Origin: Desulfocapsa sulfexigens DSM 10523
GTDB lineage: Bacteria > Desulfobacterota > Desulfobulbia > Desulfobulbales > Desulfocapsaceae
Assembly (NCBI RefSeq): GCF_000341395.1
Contig: NC_020304.1
Location: 3,840,001 to 3,872,000, forward strand
Direction of reading: 5' to 3'
DNA: 32,000 nt
Positions 17,433 through 27,102 of the stretch are shown here, piece by piece (the first letter of the stretch is position 1; each line of letters begins with the position of its first letter). Made by a program: the position numbers and the translations under genes. The notes below the pieces were generated by a model. The model saw only the letters and a list, made by a program, of their open reading frames with translations. It was not told the DNA's origin and made no database searches.

Positions 17433-18472
17433 AAAACTTAAGTGGGGCAAAGCTCACAGAACGTGCCGCTTTCGATATACTCCTTGGGAGCATCCTCGTC
17501 TTAGGGTTCACGGCACTCATACTCTTCATCACTGGAGCTCCCGTCCTTGCGGCCTTTCAAAATATCTGGCTGGGTGCCTTTGCCTCCACCACCAAAATGA
17601 GTCAGGTGCTCTCTGTCTGGATCCCTCTGATTCTTTGTGCATGCGGACTCCTCTACACCTTTAAAGTCAATCTCTGGAACATCGGTATTGAGGGGCAGAT
17701 CATAATGGGTGCAATATTCGCCATGGCTGCTCTGCGGGTTCCTGGCATCGAAAGCCCGCTCCTTCGTCTCTTTCTGGCATTCCTCACATCTTTGCTTGGT
17801 GGTGGAATATGGGGGCTTCTGGCAGGACTGCTAAAAACCCGGGGTGGGGTTCATGAGATATTTGGCGGCCTTGGACTCAACTTTGTCGCCCAGGGATTTG
17901 TTCTCTGGCTTATTTTTGGTCCCTGGAAACGACCAGGGATAGCTTCGATGAGCGGCACAGAGCTTCTTGGCCGGGAACTCTGGCTCTCGACGCCTCCCGG
18001 CTGGCGGATGGCTACTGCTGGTTTGATCATTGCCATTTCAGTCATCATTATCACCTGGCTACTCCTTGAAAAAAGTCACCTTGGCCTGAATCTCAGGGCA
18101 GTCGGACAAAACCCAAGAGCAGCCCTCCTTTACAGGATTTCACCCGAAAACTACTACCTCCAGTCAATCAGTATCGCAGGAGCCTGTGCCGGACTTGCCG
18201 GATTTCTTCAGGTGACCGCTGTTTATCATCGTCTTATTCCCTCAATTTCAAGTGGGTATGGCTATCTTGCCCTTTTAGTCGTACTGCTTGCTGGATACAG
18301 AATCATGCTCCTTCCGTTTCTTGCTCTCTTTTTTGCAAGCCTCAATGTCGGAGCGGTTCAGCTGCCCATTGTCCTCCAACTTGACTCCTCCCTGTCCGGA
18401 GTGATTCAAGGCTGCTGCGTACTCTGCGCCCTGTTCATTCTAGGTATCAGACAGAGAAGGAGGCAGTCATGA
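17429..18472 (+). CDS. ABC transporter permease (BMP/CUT2-type)
   Basis: Polytopic hydrophobic protein. The ATGA start/stop overlap with the ATPase gene indicates translational coupling. Confidence 0.9.
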   Translation: MKNLSGAKLTERAAFDILLGSILVLGFTALILFITGAPVLAAFQNIWLGAFASTTKMSQVLSVWIPLILCACGLLYTFKVNLWNIGIEGQIIMGAIFAMAALRVPGIESPLLRLFLAFLTSLLGGGIWGLLAGLLKTRGGVHEIFGGLGLNFVAQGFVLWLIFGPWKRPGIASMSGTELLGRELWLSTPPGWRMATAGLIIAISVIIITWLLLEKSHLGLNLRAVGQNPRAALLYRISPENYYLQSISIAGACAGLAGFLQVTAVYHRLIPSISSGYGYLALLVVLLAGYRIMLLPFLALFFASLNVGAVQLPIVLQLDSSLSGVIQGCCVLCALFILGIRQRRRQS

Positions 18473-19452
18473 TTGGTGATCTTTCCATCCCCGTGCTTAT
18501 TGCATCGGTACTGACGGCCAGTGCCCCTCTTATCATAATTGCACTGGGAGAAACGCTCACCGAAAAAAGCGGTGTTATCAATCTGTCCCTTGATGGCGTG
18601 GTACTGTTTTCTGCAATGGCCGCCTTTGTGATCGCCCGGCAAACAGACTCGCTGCTTCTTGGTTTTCTGGCAGGTGGTTGTGCGGGTATGTTCACCGGAT
18701 TAATTGTTGGCTACTTCAGCATCTATCTCCATCTTACACAGGTGGCAGTGGGCTTTGCCCTGTCACTGCTCTGTCGGGATCTTGCATACTTCCTCGGCAA
18801 TCCGTACAGCAGAGTTCAGGGACCGACACTCCTTGCGACAAAACTCCCGTTCTACGATTCGCTCCCCAACTCCCTGCAAGTCGTCCTGACCCAGCCGCCG
18901 ACGGTCTGGATTGCCCTGCTGCTTATTTTTCTATTCTATTGTTTCTTCAGCTTCAGCAAAGCCGGACTCTCCTTACGCTCTGTTGGAGAAAATCCGGCAG
19001 CATCTTTTGCCCGCGGACTCAACCCTGGAAGGATTCAGATGACAGCGGTTCTGGCGGGAGCTTTTCTCGTGGGTTTAGGCGGAGCTGCCTATTCACTTTC
19101 ATTAAAACCTGGATGGGGACGCCCCCAAGGAGCTGAAGGAATTGGATGGATTGCCCTTGCGCTGGTTATTTTCGGTGGCTGGCATCCAATACGCGTGGCT
19201 CTTGGTGCCATGCTGTTTGCCTTTCTTCAGGTAAGTGGTATTGGCCTCCAGAATCTTTTCCCCGGGGTTCCAGCACAGGTTTTTCAAACCGCGCCATTTC
19301 CACTCATGATTTTCACCCTCGTCCTTATGCATTTTTCAACCGGAAACACGCGAAAACAGGATTATTCTGAAAACAAAACCCAGGGATTTGCAGGTAAACT
19401 CTTTCTGTCTCGTGCCCCAAAGGCCTTGGGAAAAAATTACAAACAGGAATAA
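18469..19452 (+). CDS. ABC transporter permease (BMP/CUT2-type), second subunit
   Basis: Polytopic hydrophobic protein. ATGA start/stop overlap with the preceding permease gene. Confidence 0.9.
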   Translation: MIGDLSIPVLIASVLTASAPLIIIALGETLTEKSGVINLSLDGVVLFSAMAAFVIARQTDSLLLGFLAGGCAGMFTGLIVGYFSIYLHLTQVAVGFALSLLCRDLAYFLGNPYSRVQGPTLLATKLPFYDSLPNSLQVVLTQPPTVWIALLLIFLFYCFFSFSKAGLSLRSVGENPAASFARGLNPGRIQMTAVLAGAFLVGLGGAAYSLSLKPGWGRPQGAEGIGWIALALVIFGGWHPIRVALGAMLFAFLQVSGIGLQNLFPGVPAQVFQTAPFPLMIFTLVLMHFSTGNTRKQDYSENKTQGFAGKLFLSRAPKALGKNYKQE

Positions 19453-19460
19453 ATATTCTA

Positions 19461-21383
19461 TCAACTCAAATCCGTCAGACGAACCTGAACAACTCCACGA
19501 ACGGAGTTACAGCAGAACAAAGCTGTTGCCCGCTGAAGATCCTCAAAAGTGAGTATTTTCTCCTGAAGCGCAGTAGAGTTTTCCGCCAGAAGTTTACGAC
19601 GCATGGTACCTTCAAGCAGACCGGAAGAAACCGGTGGGGTATAATACTTCCCGTCAAGCCAGACAATACAATTCGAAATGCATCCCTCGGTAAGTTCACC
19701 GCGATCATTCAAAAATACAACATCAAAAAACGATTCTTTCTGTGCCCTGGCAAATTCTTCCTGAAACAAACGCCTCTCACTGGTTTTATGGAAAAACCAG
19801 GGAGAGGAAGAATCCACTATTTTTCCTGAAAGATCGATGCAGGGTAGAGCACTATGGGTCGCCTGTGGATTTTCCGGCAAACAACGCAACAGAGGCATAT
19901 CGCAAGGATGAACAGTTGTTGATACAGTACCATCTTTTGCCAGAGTAAGGCGCGTCCTGAAGCAACTTTTCTGAAATTCTTTTGTGTTTTTAAATGATTG
20001 AAGAGACTCAAGGATATCTTTGCTCGAAAAAACAAAACTAAAATAAACTGCCGTTTTTTCCAACCTGTCAAGGTGATAATCAAGTAGCCAATACCCTTTT
20101 CCAGGCTCCCATAGAAGCGTTTCAATAAGAACAAACTCAGCAACCGGTTTTGTCAGAAAATGGCCCTTCAAGAGGCATTCCTCCCATTCCTGTTCCGGAT
20201 TCGAATCATGTACAATTCCGGAACCAATTCCCATTTCCCCCTTTCCACCTACGATCCGGATAGTACGGATGGGAACATTAAATGCGGCACGACCATCCGG
20301 TGCAAAATACCCTATGGCTCCGGTATACACTCCCCGGGGAGATTCTTCCAGTTCCCGAATGATCTCCATGGTTCGTATTTTTGGTGCACCGGTAACAGAA
20401 CCACATGGAAACAGTGCCTTTAACACATTGCGGATTCCAGCAGTTTGAATAACATTTCGGGCAGTTGTCGCATGAATACTGGAGGTCATCTGCAGCACAC
20501 TCTCATAACGTTCCACATCAAAGAGCGACGTGGTATGCACCCATCCATCACCTGCAAGGTGGCCGAGACGGGCAAGGTCATTGCGCAGCAGATCTACAAT
20601 CATTACATTCTCACTGCGATTCTTAGGATCTTTGCTGAGTAGTTCACAAAACTCCTGATCCTCCTGCAAGTAACGACCACGTCTCATGGTTCCCTTCATG
20701 GGGCATACAGAAATAACCTTCCTGTTCACCCGAAAAAAAAGCTCTGGAGAGAGAGAAAGGATGTATTCCCCACCAAGACGGAGCACAGCACCATAGGCAA
20801 CGGATTGATTGCGGCGAAGACTGCCGTAAAAAGCCTCGGGGGAACCATGAAAATCAAACAGAAGCTTTAGTGTATAATTGACCTGGTAGGTATCACCTGC
20901 TGCGATGTATTCTTTAATCCGGCGAACCGCTTCAAGATAACTTTCTTTTTCCTGACTGAGCGTCAGATTATCCACGCCGAAGCCTGAAGCGATAGGCGCT
21001 GTCTTAAGGCCTGGAAAGCTTGATTCTCCACTTTCATGATTGTACTGGAGCGGTTTCTCAAACACTCCAAAAGATGCCAACAGGACACCCTGCTGACCTT
21101 GTGAAGGGATGACTCCTGCGATTCGTGGTTCCAGCAGATAGCCAAATTCGTACGCTAACCAGCCTGCAAGGTACTTTCCTTCAGCCAATTTATCTTCCAG
21201 TAACGCAACAAAGGCCAGGGGATCATCTCCTGAAAAAAACTCCAGACGGGACTGTGGCCGCAGAAAGAGAAAAGAAGAGCTGTTTTCAGCGTCACAGCGA
21301 GCTGTGTCAAGAAAGACATATTCCTCTTCATTCTGAACAGTTGCAAGTAAATCATCCAATTGTGTCTGTTTCAATGGCCTCAT
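19461..21383 (-). CDS. pabB: bifunctional aminodeoxychorismate synthase component I / aminodeoxychorismate lyase-like (chorismate-binding domain fused to a class IV aminotransferase fold)
   Basis: The N-terminal ~430 aa has chorismate-utilising enzyme motifs (SPELFF, PMKGT.RRG, ENVMIVDLLRNDL, FPCGSVTGAPKIRTMEII, GVYTGAIGY, GSGIVHDS). The C-terminal ~200 aa (about nt 19461-20095) looks like a class IV aminotransferase/ADC lyase (LIETLLWEP...YHLDRLEKTA ... GLLEGTMR). Confidence 0.85.
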   Translation of the reverse strand: MRPLKQTQLDDLLATVQNEEEYVFLDTARCDAENSSSFLFLRPQSRLEFFSGDDPLAFVALLEDKLAEGKYLAGWLAYEFGYLLEPRIAGVIPSQGQQGVLLASFGVFEKPLQYNHESGESSFPGLKTAPIASGFGVDNLTLSQEKESYLEAVRRIKEYIAAGDTYQVNYTLKLLFDFHGSPEAFYGSLRRNQSVAYGAVLRLGGEYILSLSPELFFRVNRKVISVCPMKGTMRRGRYLQEDQEFCELLSKDPKNRSENVMIVDLLRNDLARLGHLAGDGWVHTTSLFDVERYESVLQMTSSIHATTARNVIQTAGIRNVLKALFPCGSVTGAPKIRTMEIIRELEESPRGVYTGAIGYFAPDGRAAFNVPIRTIRIVGGKGEMGIGSGIVHDSNPEQEWEECLLKGHFLTKPVAEFVLIETLLWEPGKGYWLLDYHLDRLEKTAVYFSFVFSSKDILESLQSFKNTKEFQKSCFRTRLTLAKDGTVSTTVHPCDMPLLRCLPENPQATHSALPCIDLSGKIVDSSSPWFFHKTSERRLFQEEFARAQKESFFDVVFLNDRGELTEGCISNCIVWLDGKYYTPPVSSGLLEGTMRRKLLAENSTALQEKILTFEDLQRATALFCCNSVRGVVQVRLTDLS

Positions 21384-21477
21384 CCACCCTCTTCTATCAA
21401 TTCAAGGTGGAATTACCAAGTAAAAAAACCACCTTCGGTTCAAGAATCCTGCTCTTCAACGAAGATTCAATCTCTTC

Positions 21478-21533
21478 TTGCGTCACAATAAAAAATATTC
21501 TATATTAAGAAATTCTGCTTTGCTTTATATAAT
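21478..21533 (+). promoter_or_regulatory. two overlapping sigma70-type promoter candidates upstream of the CBS/ACT-PFOR gene pair
   Basis: P1 is TTGCGT (21478-21483), 17 nt, TATATT (21501-21506). P2 is TTAAGA (21505-21510), 17 nt, TATAAT (21528-21533). Both lie 90-120 nt upstream of ATG 21624. Confidence 0.4.
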
Positions 21534-21623
21534 CCAATACACGTTATTAATCAGCCACGAGAGGCTTTCAGCCTTTAACGCTGCCATTACATCTTTTTCA
21601 CCTGCATTTAACAGGGAGGCCCT

Positions 21624-22307
21624 ATGCTAATTAAGGACTGGATGGCTACCACTATACTTACAGTGGATGCCAACACATCGGTTATGCGAGCCGGACGAAC
21701 AATGAAAGACAATAACATCAGGCGATTACCCGTTGTCTCTCAAGGAAAGCTAGCGGGTATCATTACCGATCGTGACCTGAAAGAGGCATCACCATCATCA
21801 AAAACAGACATGGATATGCATGAAATGTATTATCTTCTTTCTGAAATGAAGGTTAAAGATGTCATGACTGCTGCTCCCATTCGTTTAAGCATGGATGATA
21901 CGCTTGAAAAAGCAGCTCTCGTCATGTTGAATGAAAAAATTTCCGGTCTGGTCATTGTTGATGATGAAGAAAATCTTGTAGGACTTCTCTCCGAGTCCGA
22001 TGTCCTTCGCGGCTTTATTCATGCCACAGGTATTCAGGACGGAGCCTTTCAGATTGTCATGGATATGTCCGACGTTGGAGGGTCAGTCTCCCAGCTTATC
22101 GATGTCCTCCGTCAGAATCGCGCCAGAGTTCTTTCCATCCTCACTTCATTTGATGACGCCCCTGCCGGATCAAAACGTGTATCTGTTCGCATCATGCCCT
22201 ACAACGGGGAAGTTGATGATCTTGTGAAAGAACTTGAGGCAATGGAAGGCTACAGCATCGTCAGCCAGGGAATTGATGATCTGAAAAATTTACCCCGAAA
22301 ACAATAA
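21624..22307 (+). CDS. CBS-pair protein with C-terminal ACT-like domain (AcuB-like)
   Basis: GGGAGG RBS. Two CBS motifs (MRAGRTMKDNNIRRLPVVSQGKLAGIITDRDL and EKAALVMLNEKISGLVIVDDEENLVGLLSESDVL). The C-terminal ~80 aa resembles an ACT fold. Confidence 0.85.
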   Translation: MLIKDWMATTILTVDANTSVMRAGRTMKDNNIRRLPVVSQGKLAGIITDRDLKEASPSSKTDMDMHEMYYLLSEMKVKDVMTAAPIRLSMDDTLEKAALVMLNEKISGLVIVDDEENLVGLLSESDVLRGFIHATGIQDGAFQIVMDMSDVGGSVSQLIDVLRQNRARVLSILTSFDDAPAGSKRVSVRIMPYNGEVDDLVKELEAMEGYSIVSQGIDDLKNLPRKQ

Positions 22308-22357
22308 TCACACACAAAACATAAACAGTAACAATAAACAACAAAGGAGATTTACCT

Positions 22358-25300
22358 ATGTCGAGAAAAATGGTCACAATTGATGGCAATCAGGCCTGTA
22401 CCCATGTAGCCTACGCCACAAGTGAAGTTATCACAATCTACCCCATCACGCCTTCTTCACCCATGGCCGCCGAGGCAGATACAAAAGCTACAGGAAAACA
22501 GGAAAACATCTGGGGTTCCATTCCCGTTGTAACCCAGATGCAGTCTGAGGGTGGAGTTGCAGGCTCTCTGCATGGCTCTCTTGCCACGGGCGTATTGTGT
22601 ACCACCTTTACCGCCTCTCAGGGTCTCCTCCTGATGATCCCTAATATGTACAAGATTGCCGGTGAGCTTACCCCCACCGTCTTCCATGTAACAGCTCGTT
22701 CCATCGCAGCTCAGGGACTCTCCATTTTCGGTGATCATGCTGATATTTATGCGGCTCGTCAGACCGGTTGGGGCATGCTCTGTTCCCAGAACGTTCAGGA
22801 ATGTATGGATATGGCCCTGATATCCACCCAGGTATCACTTGCTTCCCGTATCCCCTTTGTTCACTTTTTTGATGGTTTCCGTACCTCCCACGAGATCCAG
22901 AAGATTGAAGAACTCACCTATGACGACATGACTGCAATGATAGATGAAGACAATATCATTGCCCATCGTAAGCGTGCTCTCTCTCCTGACCATCCGACAA
23001 TACGTGGTACTGCACAAAATCCAGATGTTTATTTCACTGGCCGTGAGACCGTTAATCCATTCTACGCAGCCACTCCAAAAATTGTCCAGGATACCATGGA
23101 CAAATTTGCCGGCCTCACCGGACGTCAGTATCATCTCTTTGATTACTACGGATCCCCCGATGCAACAGATGTTATTGTCATGATGGCCTCTGGTTGTGAG
23201 ACCGTGTCTGCCACCATCGACCATCTTGTCAGCGAAGGAAAAAATGTTGGTCTGGTAATTGTTCGTCTCTTCAGACCTTTCGACTGCAAGGCAATGGTAA
23301 ATGCTCTGCCTTCATCCGTTGAGCGCATCACCGTAATGGACAGAACAAAAGAGCCAGGATCTGCAGGCGAGCCTCTTTATCTTGACGTTCGTGCAGCAGT
23401 TGGTGAGGCCACCGAATCAAACAGTGCAGCCTACCAGCCACTGATTCTTTCAGGTCGTTATGGACTTGGCTCTGCCGAGTTCACCCCCGCCATGGTCAAA
23501 GCAATCTATGACAACATGGCAGCAATGGCCCCTAAAAACCACTTCTGTGTTGGTCCAAATGATGATGTCGCCGGAACCAGTCTTAATTATGACGTCAACT
23601 ACTCAATAGAAGGTGACGATGTCTATCGTGCCATGTTCTATGGTTTAGGATCCGATGGTACCGTTGGAGCAAACAAAAATACTATTAAAATTATCGGCAC
23701 CGAGACCGATAACTCTGCTCAGGGATATTTTGTTTATGACTCAAAAAAATCCGGCTCCATCACTACATCTCACCTGAGATTTGGTAAAAACCGGGTTGTT
23801 GCTCCCTACCTTATCAACAAGGCCAACTTTATCGCCTGTCATAACTTCACCTTCCTTGACCAGTATGACATGCTTCGCAATCTTGACCAGGGTGGTACAT
23901 TTCTCCTTACCACCACATTCGATGCCAAACAGATCTGGAAAGAGTTACCAGGGAAAGTCCAGAAAGATCTGATCGACAAAAAAGCACAGTTCTATATCAT
24001 AGATGCTCTTTCTCTTGGTATAGCCCTCGGTCTTGGCGCCCGCATCAATATGATCATGCAGACCGCTTTCTTCCTGATCTCTGGAATTATTACTGAGAAA
24101 GAGGCAATCGCTGCGATCAAAACGGCCATCAAGAAAACCTATGGCAAAAAAGGCGACAAGATAGTCAATATGAACTACGACGCCGTTGATGCTGCTGTGA
24201 AAAACATTGTTAAAGTAAAACTGTTAAAATCCACCAGCGGTCACGAGATGCCTCCAACCGTTCCTGCTACTGCGCCTGACTTCGTCAAGAATGTTACCGC
24301 CAAGATGATCGAAGGAAAAGGTGATCAGGTTAAAGTTTCCGAAATGCCAAATGATGGTACCTGGCCAACAGGCACCACCCAGTACGAGAAGCGCAACATT
24401 GGTGTTAACGTACCGGAATGGCTTGAGGAAAACTGCATTCAATGTGGCCAGTGTTCTCTTGTATGCCCCCATGCAGCCATTCGTATGAAAATTGGCAAAA
24501 TGGTTAAGGCTCCCAAGGGTTTCAAAACAATTCCTGCTGTTGGTAAGGCCTTCAAAGGGTCCAAGTTTGCCATTCAGGTATTTACTCAGGATTGCTGTTC
24601 CTGTACCCAATGTATGGATGTCTGCCCTGGAACAAAAGGCGTTAAAGCACTGCAGATGGTTCCAAACTCTGACAAGATCCGCGCAGCCCAGGCCAAGAAC
24701 GTAGAGTATTTTCTTGCTCAACCCGAGGTTTCTCCAGCTGATGTTAACCCTGCAACAATCAAGGGAAGCCAGCTTCTTCGCCCACTGTTCGAGTTCTCCG
24801 GTGCCTGTGCCGGCTGTGGTGAGACCCCATACATCAAACTTGTTACTCAGATGTTTGGTGACAGAATGCTGATTGCCAATGCAACCGGTTGTTCTTCAAT
24901 CTATGGTGGCAACCTGCCAACAACTCCTTACTGCAAACGTGAAGACGGACGGGGACCCGCCTGGGCCAACTCTCTTTTCGAGGATAATGCGGAATTTGGT
25001 CTTGGCATGCGTGCTTCAGTAAACAAACTTGGTTCCCAAGCTGTGGAACTGATGGATAAAGCAGTTGCTGAAAAACTGATCACCAAAAAAGTGGCGACAG
25101 ATATCATCAGTGCTCCTCAAAAAAGCCAGACCGAAATAGAGGCACAACGCGACCGTGTCGGTAAACTGAAAGCCACACTTGCTGCTGCAGGCGATAACGT
25201 TATCGCCAAACGTCTACTGGGCTGCGCCGATTACCTGGTGAAGAAATCAGTATGGATCTTCGGTGGTGACGGTTGGGCATATGACATCGGATACGGCGGA

Positions 25301-25900
25301 CTGGATCACGTACTTGCCTCGGGCGAGAATGTAAACGTTATGATTCTTGACACCGAGGTGTATTCCAACACCGGTGGCCAGATGTCTAAATCCACTCCTC
25401 GTGCCGCCACTGCCCAGTTTGCAGCAGGTGGTAAGAAGATGCCCAAGAAAGATATCGGGATGATTTTCTCTACATACGGCAACGTATATGTGGCAAAAAT
25501 CTCCATGGGTGCCAATCCCACTCAGGTTGCCAAGGCAATTGCAGAGGCTGAAGCATATGATGGACCATCTTTGATTATTGCCTACTCACACTGCATCAAT
25601 CATGGCATCAACATGACTCAGGGCCTGCATCAGCAGAAGAAGGCAGTTGCATGTGGTCACTGGCCACTTTACCGCTTCAATCCTGAGCTGGAAGAAGCTG
25701 GTAAAAATCCTCTCTCCATTGACTCCAAAGAGCCTACAATGACTTTTGAAGAGTATGCAATGGGCGAGAATCGCTACCGTATGCTGAAGATGATGAACCC
25801 CGAGCACGCTGATGAACTCATGGCTCAGTCTCAGAAAGATGTTACTAAGAGCTGGAAGTTTCTTCAGGCCAGAGCAGCATCCCTGGATCCTGAGAAGTAA
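22358..25900 (+). CDS. nifJ: pyruvate:ferredoxin (flavodoxin) oxidoreductase, single-chain 1180-aa form
   Basis: AAAGGAG RBS. Typical PFOR N-terminus MVTIDGNQACTHVAYATSEVITIYPITPSSPM. Two ferredoxin-type clusters CIQCGQCSLVCPH and CCSCTQCMDVCPG. TPP-domain motifs GACAGCGETPY and GGDGWAYDIGYGGLDH. Confidence 0.95.
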   Translation: MSRKMVTIDGNQACTHVAYATSEVITIYPITPSSPMAAEADTKATGKQENIWGSIPVVTQMQSEGGVAGSLHGSLATGVLCTTFTASQGLLLMIPNMYKIAGELTPTVFHVTARSIAAQGLSIFGDHADIYAARQTGWGMLCSQNVQECMDMALISTQVSLASRIPFVHFFDGFRTSHEIQKIEELTYDDMTAMIDEDNIIAHRKRALSPDHPTIRGTAQNPDVYFTGRETVNPFYAATPKIVQDTMDKFAGLTGRQYHLFDYYGSPDATDVIVMMASGCETVSATIDHLVSEGKNVGLVIVRLFRPFDCKAMVNALPSSVERITVMDRTKEPGSAGEPLYLDVRAAVGEATESNSAAYQPLILSGRYGLGSAEFTPAMVKAIYDNMAAMAPKNHFCVGPNDDVAGTSLNYDVNYSIEGDDVYRAMFYGLGSDGTVGANKNTIKIIGTETDNSAQGYFVYDSKKSGSITTSHLRFGKNRVVAPYLINKANFIACHNFTFLDQYDMLRNLDQGGTFLLTTTFDAKQIWKELPGKVQKDLIDKKAQFYIIDALSLGIALGLGARINMIMQTAFFLISGIITEKEAIAAIKTAIKKTYGKKGDKIVNMNYDAVDAAVKNIVKVKLLKSTSGHEMPPTVPATAPDFVKNVTAKMIEGKGDQVKVSEMPNDGTWPTGTTQYEKRNIGVNVPEWLEENCIQCGQCSLVCPHAAIRMKIGKMVKAPKGFKTIPAVGKAFKGSKFAIQVFTQDCCSCTQCMDVCPGTKGVKALQMVPNSDKIRAAQAKNVEYFLAQPEVSPADVNPATIKGSQLLRPLFEFSGACAGCGETPYIKLVTQMFGDRMLIANATGCSSIYGGNLPTTPYCKREDGRGPAWANSLFEDNAEFGLGMRASVNKLGSQAVELMDKAVAEKLITKKVATDIISAPQKSQTEIEAQRDRVGKLKATLAAAGDNVIAKRLLGCADYLVKKSVWIFGGDGWAYDIGYGGLDHVLASGENVNVMILDTEVYSNTGGQMSKSTPRAATAQFAAGGKKMPKKDIGMIFSTYGNVYVAKISMGANPTQVAKAIAEAEAYDGPSLIIAYSHCINHGINMTQGLHQQKKAVACGHWPLYRFNPELEEAGKNPLSIDSKEPTMTFEEYAMGENRYRMLKMMNPEHADELMAQSQKDVTKSWKFLQARAASLDPEK

Positions 25901-25920
25901 CAGTTCAACGGTTACCCATT

Positions 25921-25981
25921 TTTGTTCGTTTCAGTCTTGGCGCATAGCTTCAACTATCGCGCCAAAACAGAAACGAACGAA
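25921..25981 (+). other. long imperfect hairpin in the PFOR 3' UTR
   Basis: tttgttcgtttc (25921-25932) pairs with gaaacgaacgaa (25970-25981). ttggcgc (25937-25943) pairs with gcgccaa (25959-25965). The internal segment has two further pairs and two mismatches, and the apical atag/ctat can also pair. It begins 21 nt after the stop codon, upstream of the canonical terminator. Confidence 0.5.
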
Positions 25982-26013
25982 TCTGTGCCACTGTACAAAA
26001 TTTGAGATAAAAC

Positions 26014-26057
26014 AAAAAAAAGGGCCCTGGAAGAATTCTTCCAGGGCCCTTTTTTTT
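26014..26057. terminator. bidirectional rho-independent terminator between PFOR (+) and the YkgJ-family gene (-)
   Basis: Perfect 30-nt palindrome agggccctggaagaa/ttcttccagggccct (26021-26050), flanked by an A-run on the left and a T-run on the right. Confidence 0.85.
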
Positions 26058-26103
26058 ATTATTTAGATCGCCACGCAGCGATTGACGTGCTGGGAACTAT
26101 TTT

Positions 26104-27054
26104 TTACAGATCAGGGTCAACTTCCTCGCCCCTGGCCTTCTTGATTTCCTTATACGCATTGACAGAGTTAGTAACAGAATCATCCTGACGCTGCTTAATT
26201 TCTTTCACTTTTTCCTGAATCTTATCCTCTCTGATAGAGAGACCTTCAGCACCAAAAAGAGCATTGGCCAGATATTTGAAAGAAAAAAGCATCAACTCCA
26301 CATCATCGGACTTGATCTTCTTGAGTGTCTCGTCATCAATTATGTAAGTATCGAGAAATGAACTCTCAAGAACAAACCTGCGAAAATGATCAAGATCGGT
26401 GGAAGCCATAAAGAACATTCTTTTTGCCTGTTCTGAAAGTGATGCCTGATGACCAAATGATTTACGACGCATAACCAGTCGTAACCAATCCTTATTCATT
26501 TCATCACGAACATCGACTCCCTGATCAGCACGCCATTCGGCAACAGTCCATTCCTTGTCTTCTTGAAAGCCCTTACAGTGATCCTCCTTCACAATAAAGA
26601 AAAACTTTTCTTCATCTTTGTGATCGGCCCCGGCCCCCATTGATCCCTGCCCCTCATGGAAATCAGCCATTCCAACGGGATAATATCGGCAGGCTGACGG
26701 ACGATCCGTGTAAACCGTACACCCTTCAGGGGTAACAAAAGGACATTTATTATCATCCTCACGAAGTTTCAAGGCAACACCCGGCATATCTGTCTGCTCA
26801 AGATATACAGGGGTTGTATATTTCTGAAGAAATTCATGAGCTGGAACATCCAACCGCTTTTTAAGCATCAAAATATCATAGGGAGTTAAAATAATCTTGA
26901 TACCACCACAACAGGCAGTGAAACATTCTACCCCTGGATGACAACGAAATTTGATTTTTGACTCTAAAGTTAATTTCTTCGGAAGAATATTAGAAGGGTT
27001 GAGTCCCTTACCAAACAACGTTTTTTCCTTACCTGACATATCCTGCTCGCTCAT
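26104..27054 (-). CDS. YkgJ-family cysteine-cluster protein (CxxCxxCC zinc/iron-chelating domain), long form
   Basis: Motifs CHPGVECFTACCGG and KCPFVTPEGCTVYTDRPSACRYYP. AAAGGTG RBS. About 150 aa of additional C-terminal sequence is unassigned. Confidence 0.8.
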   Translation of the reverse strand: MSEQDMSGKEKTLFGKGLNPSNILPKKLTLESKIKFRCHPGVECFTACCGGIKIILTPYDILMLKKRLDVPAHEFLQKYTTPVYLEQTDMPGVALKLREDDNKCPFVTPEGCTVYTDRPSACRYYPVGMADFHEGQGSMGAGADHKDEEKFFFIVKEDHCKGFQEDKEWTVAEWRADQGVDVRDEMNKDWLRLVMRRKSFGHQASLSEQAKRMFFMASTDLDHFRRFVLESSFLDTYIIDDETLKKIKSDDVELMLFSFKYLANALFGAEGLSIREDKIQEKVKEIKQRQDDSVTNSVNAYKEIKKARGEEVDPDL

Positions 27055-27102
27055 TCAAACACCTTTTATTCGTTAATTGTATCGTTATATCTCTTACTAG
27101 AG

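Noticed and set aside
20197-20207. ggattcgaatc, resembling the reverse complement of a tRNA T-arm (GGTTCGAATCC)
   Set aside because: It has one mismatch, lies inside the conserved pabB coding frame, and has no flanking acceptor or anticodon stem complementarity.
24224-24721. 165-aa minus-strand ORF inside the PFOR gene
   Set aside because: It is antisense to the ferredoxin-domain region of PFOR and has no motif or RBS. Shadow ORF.
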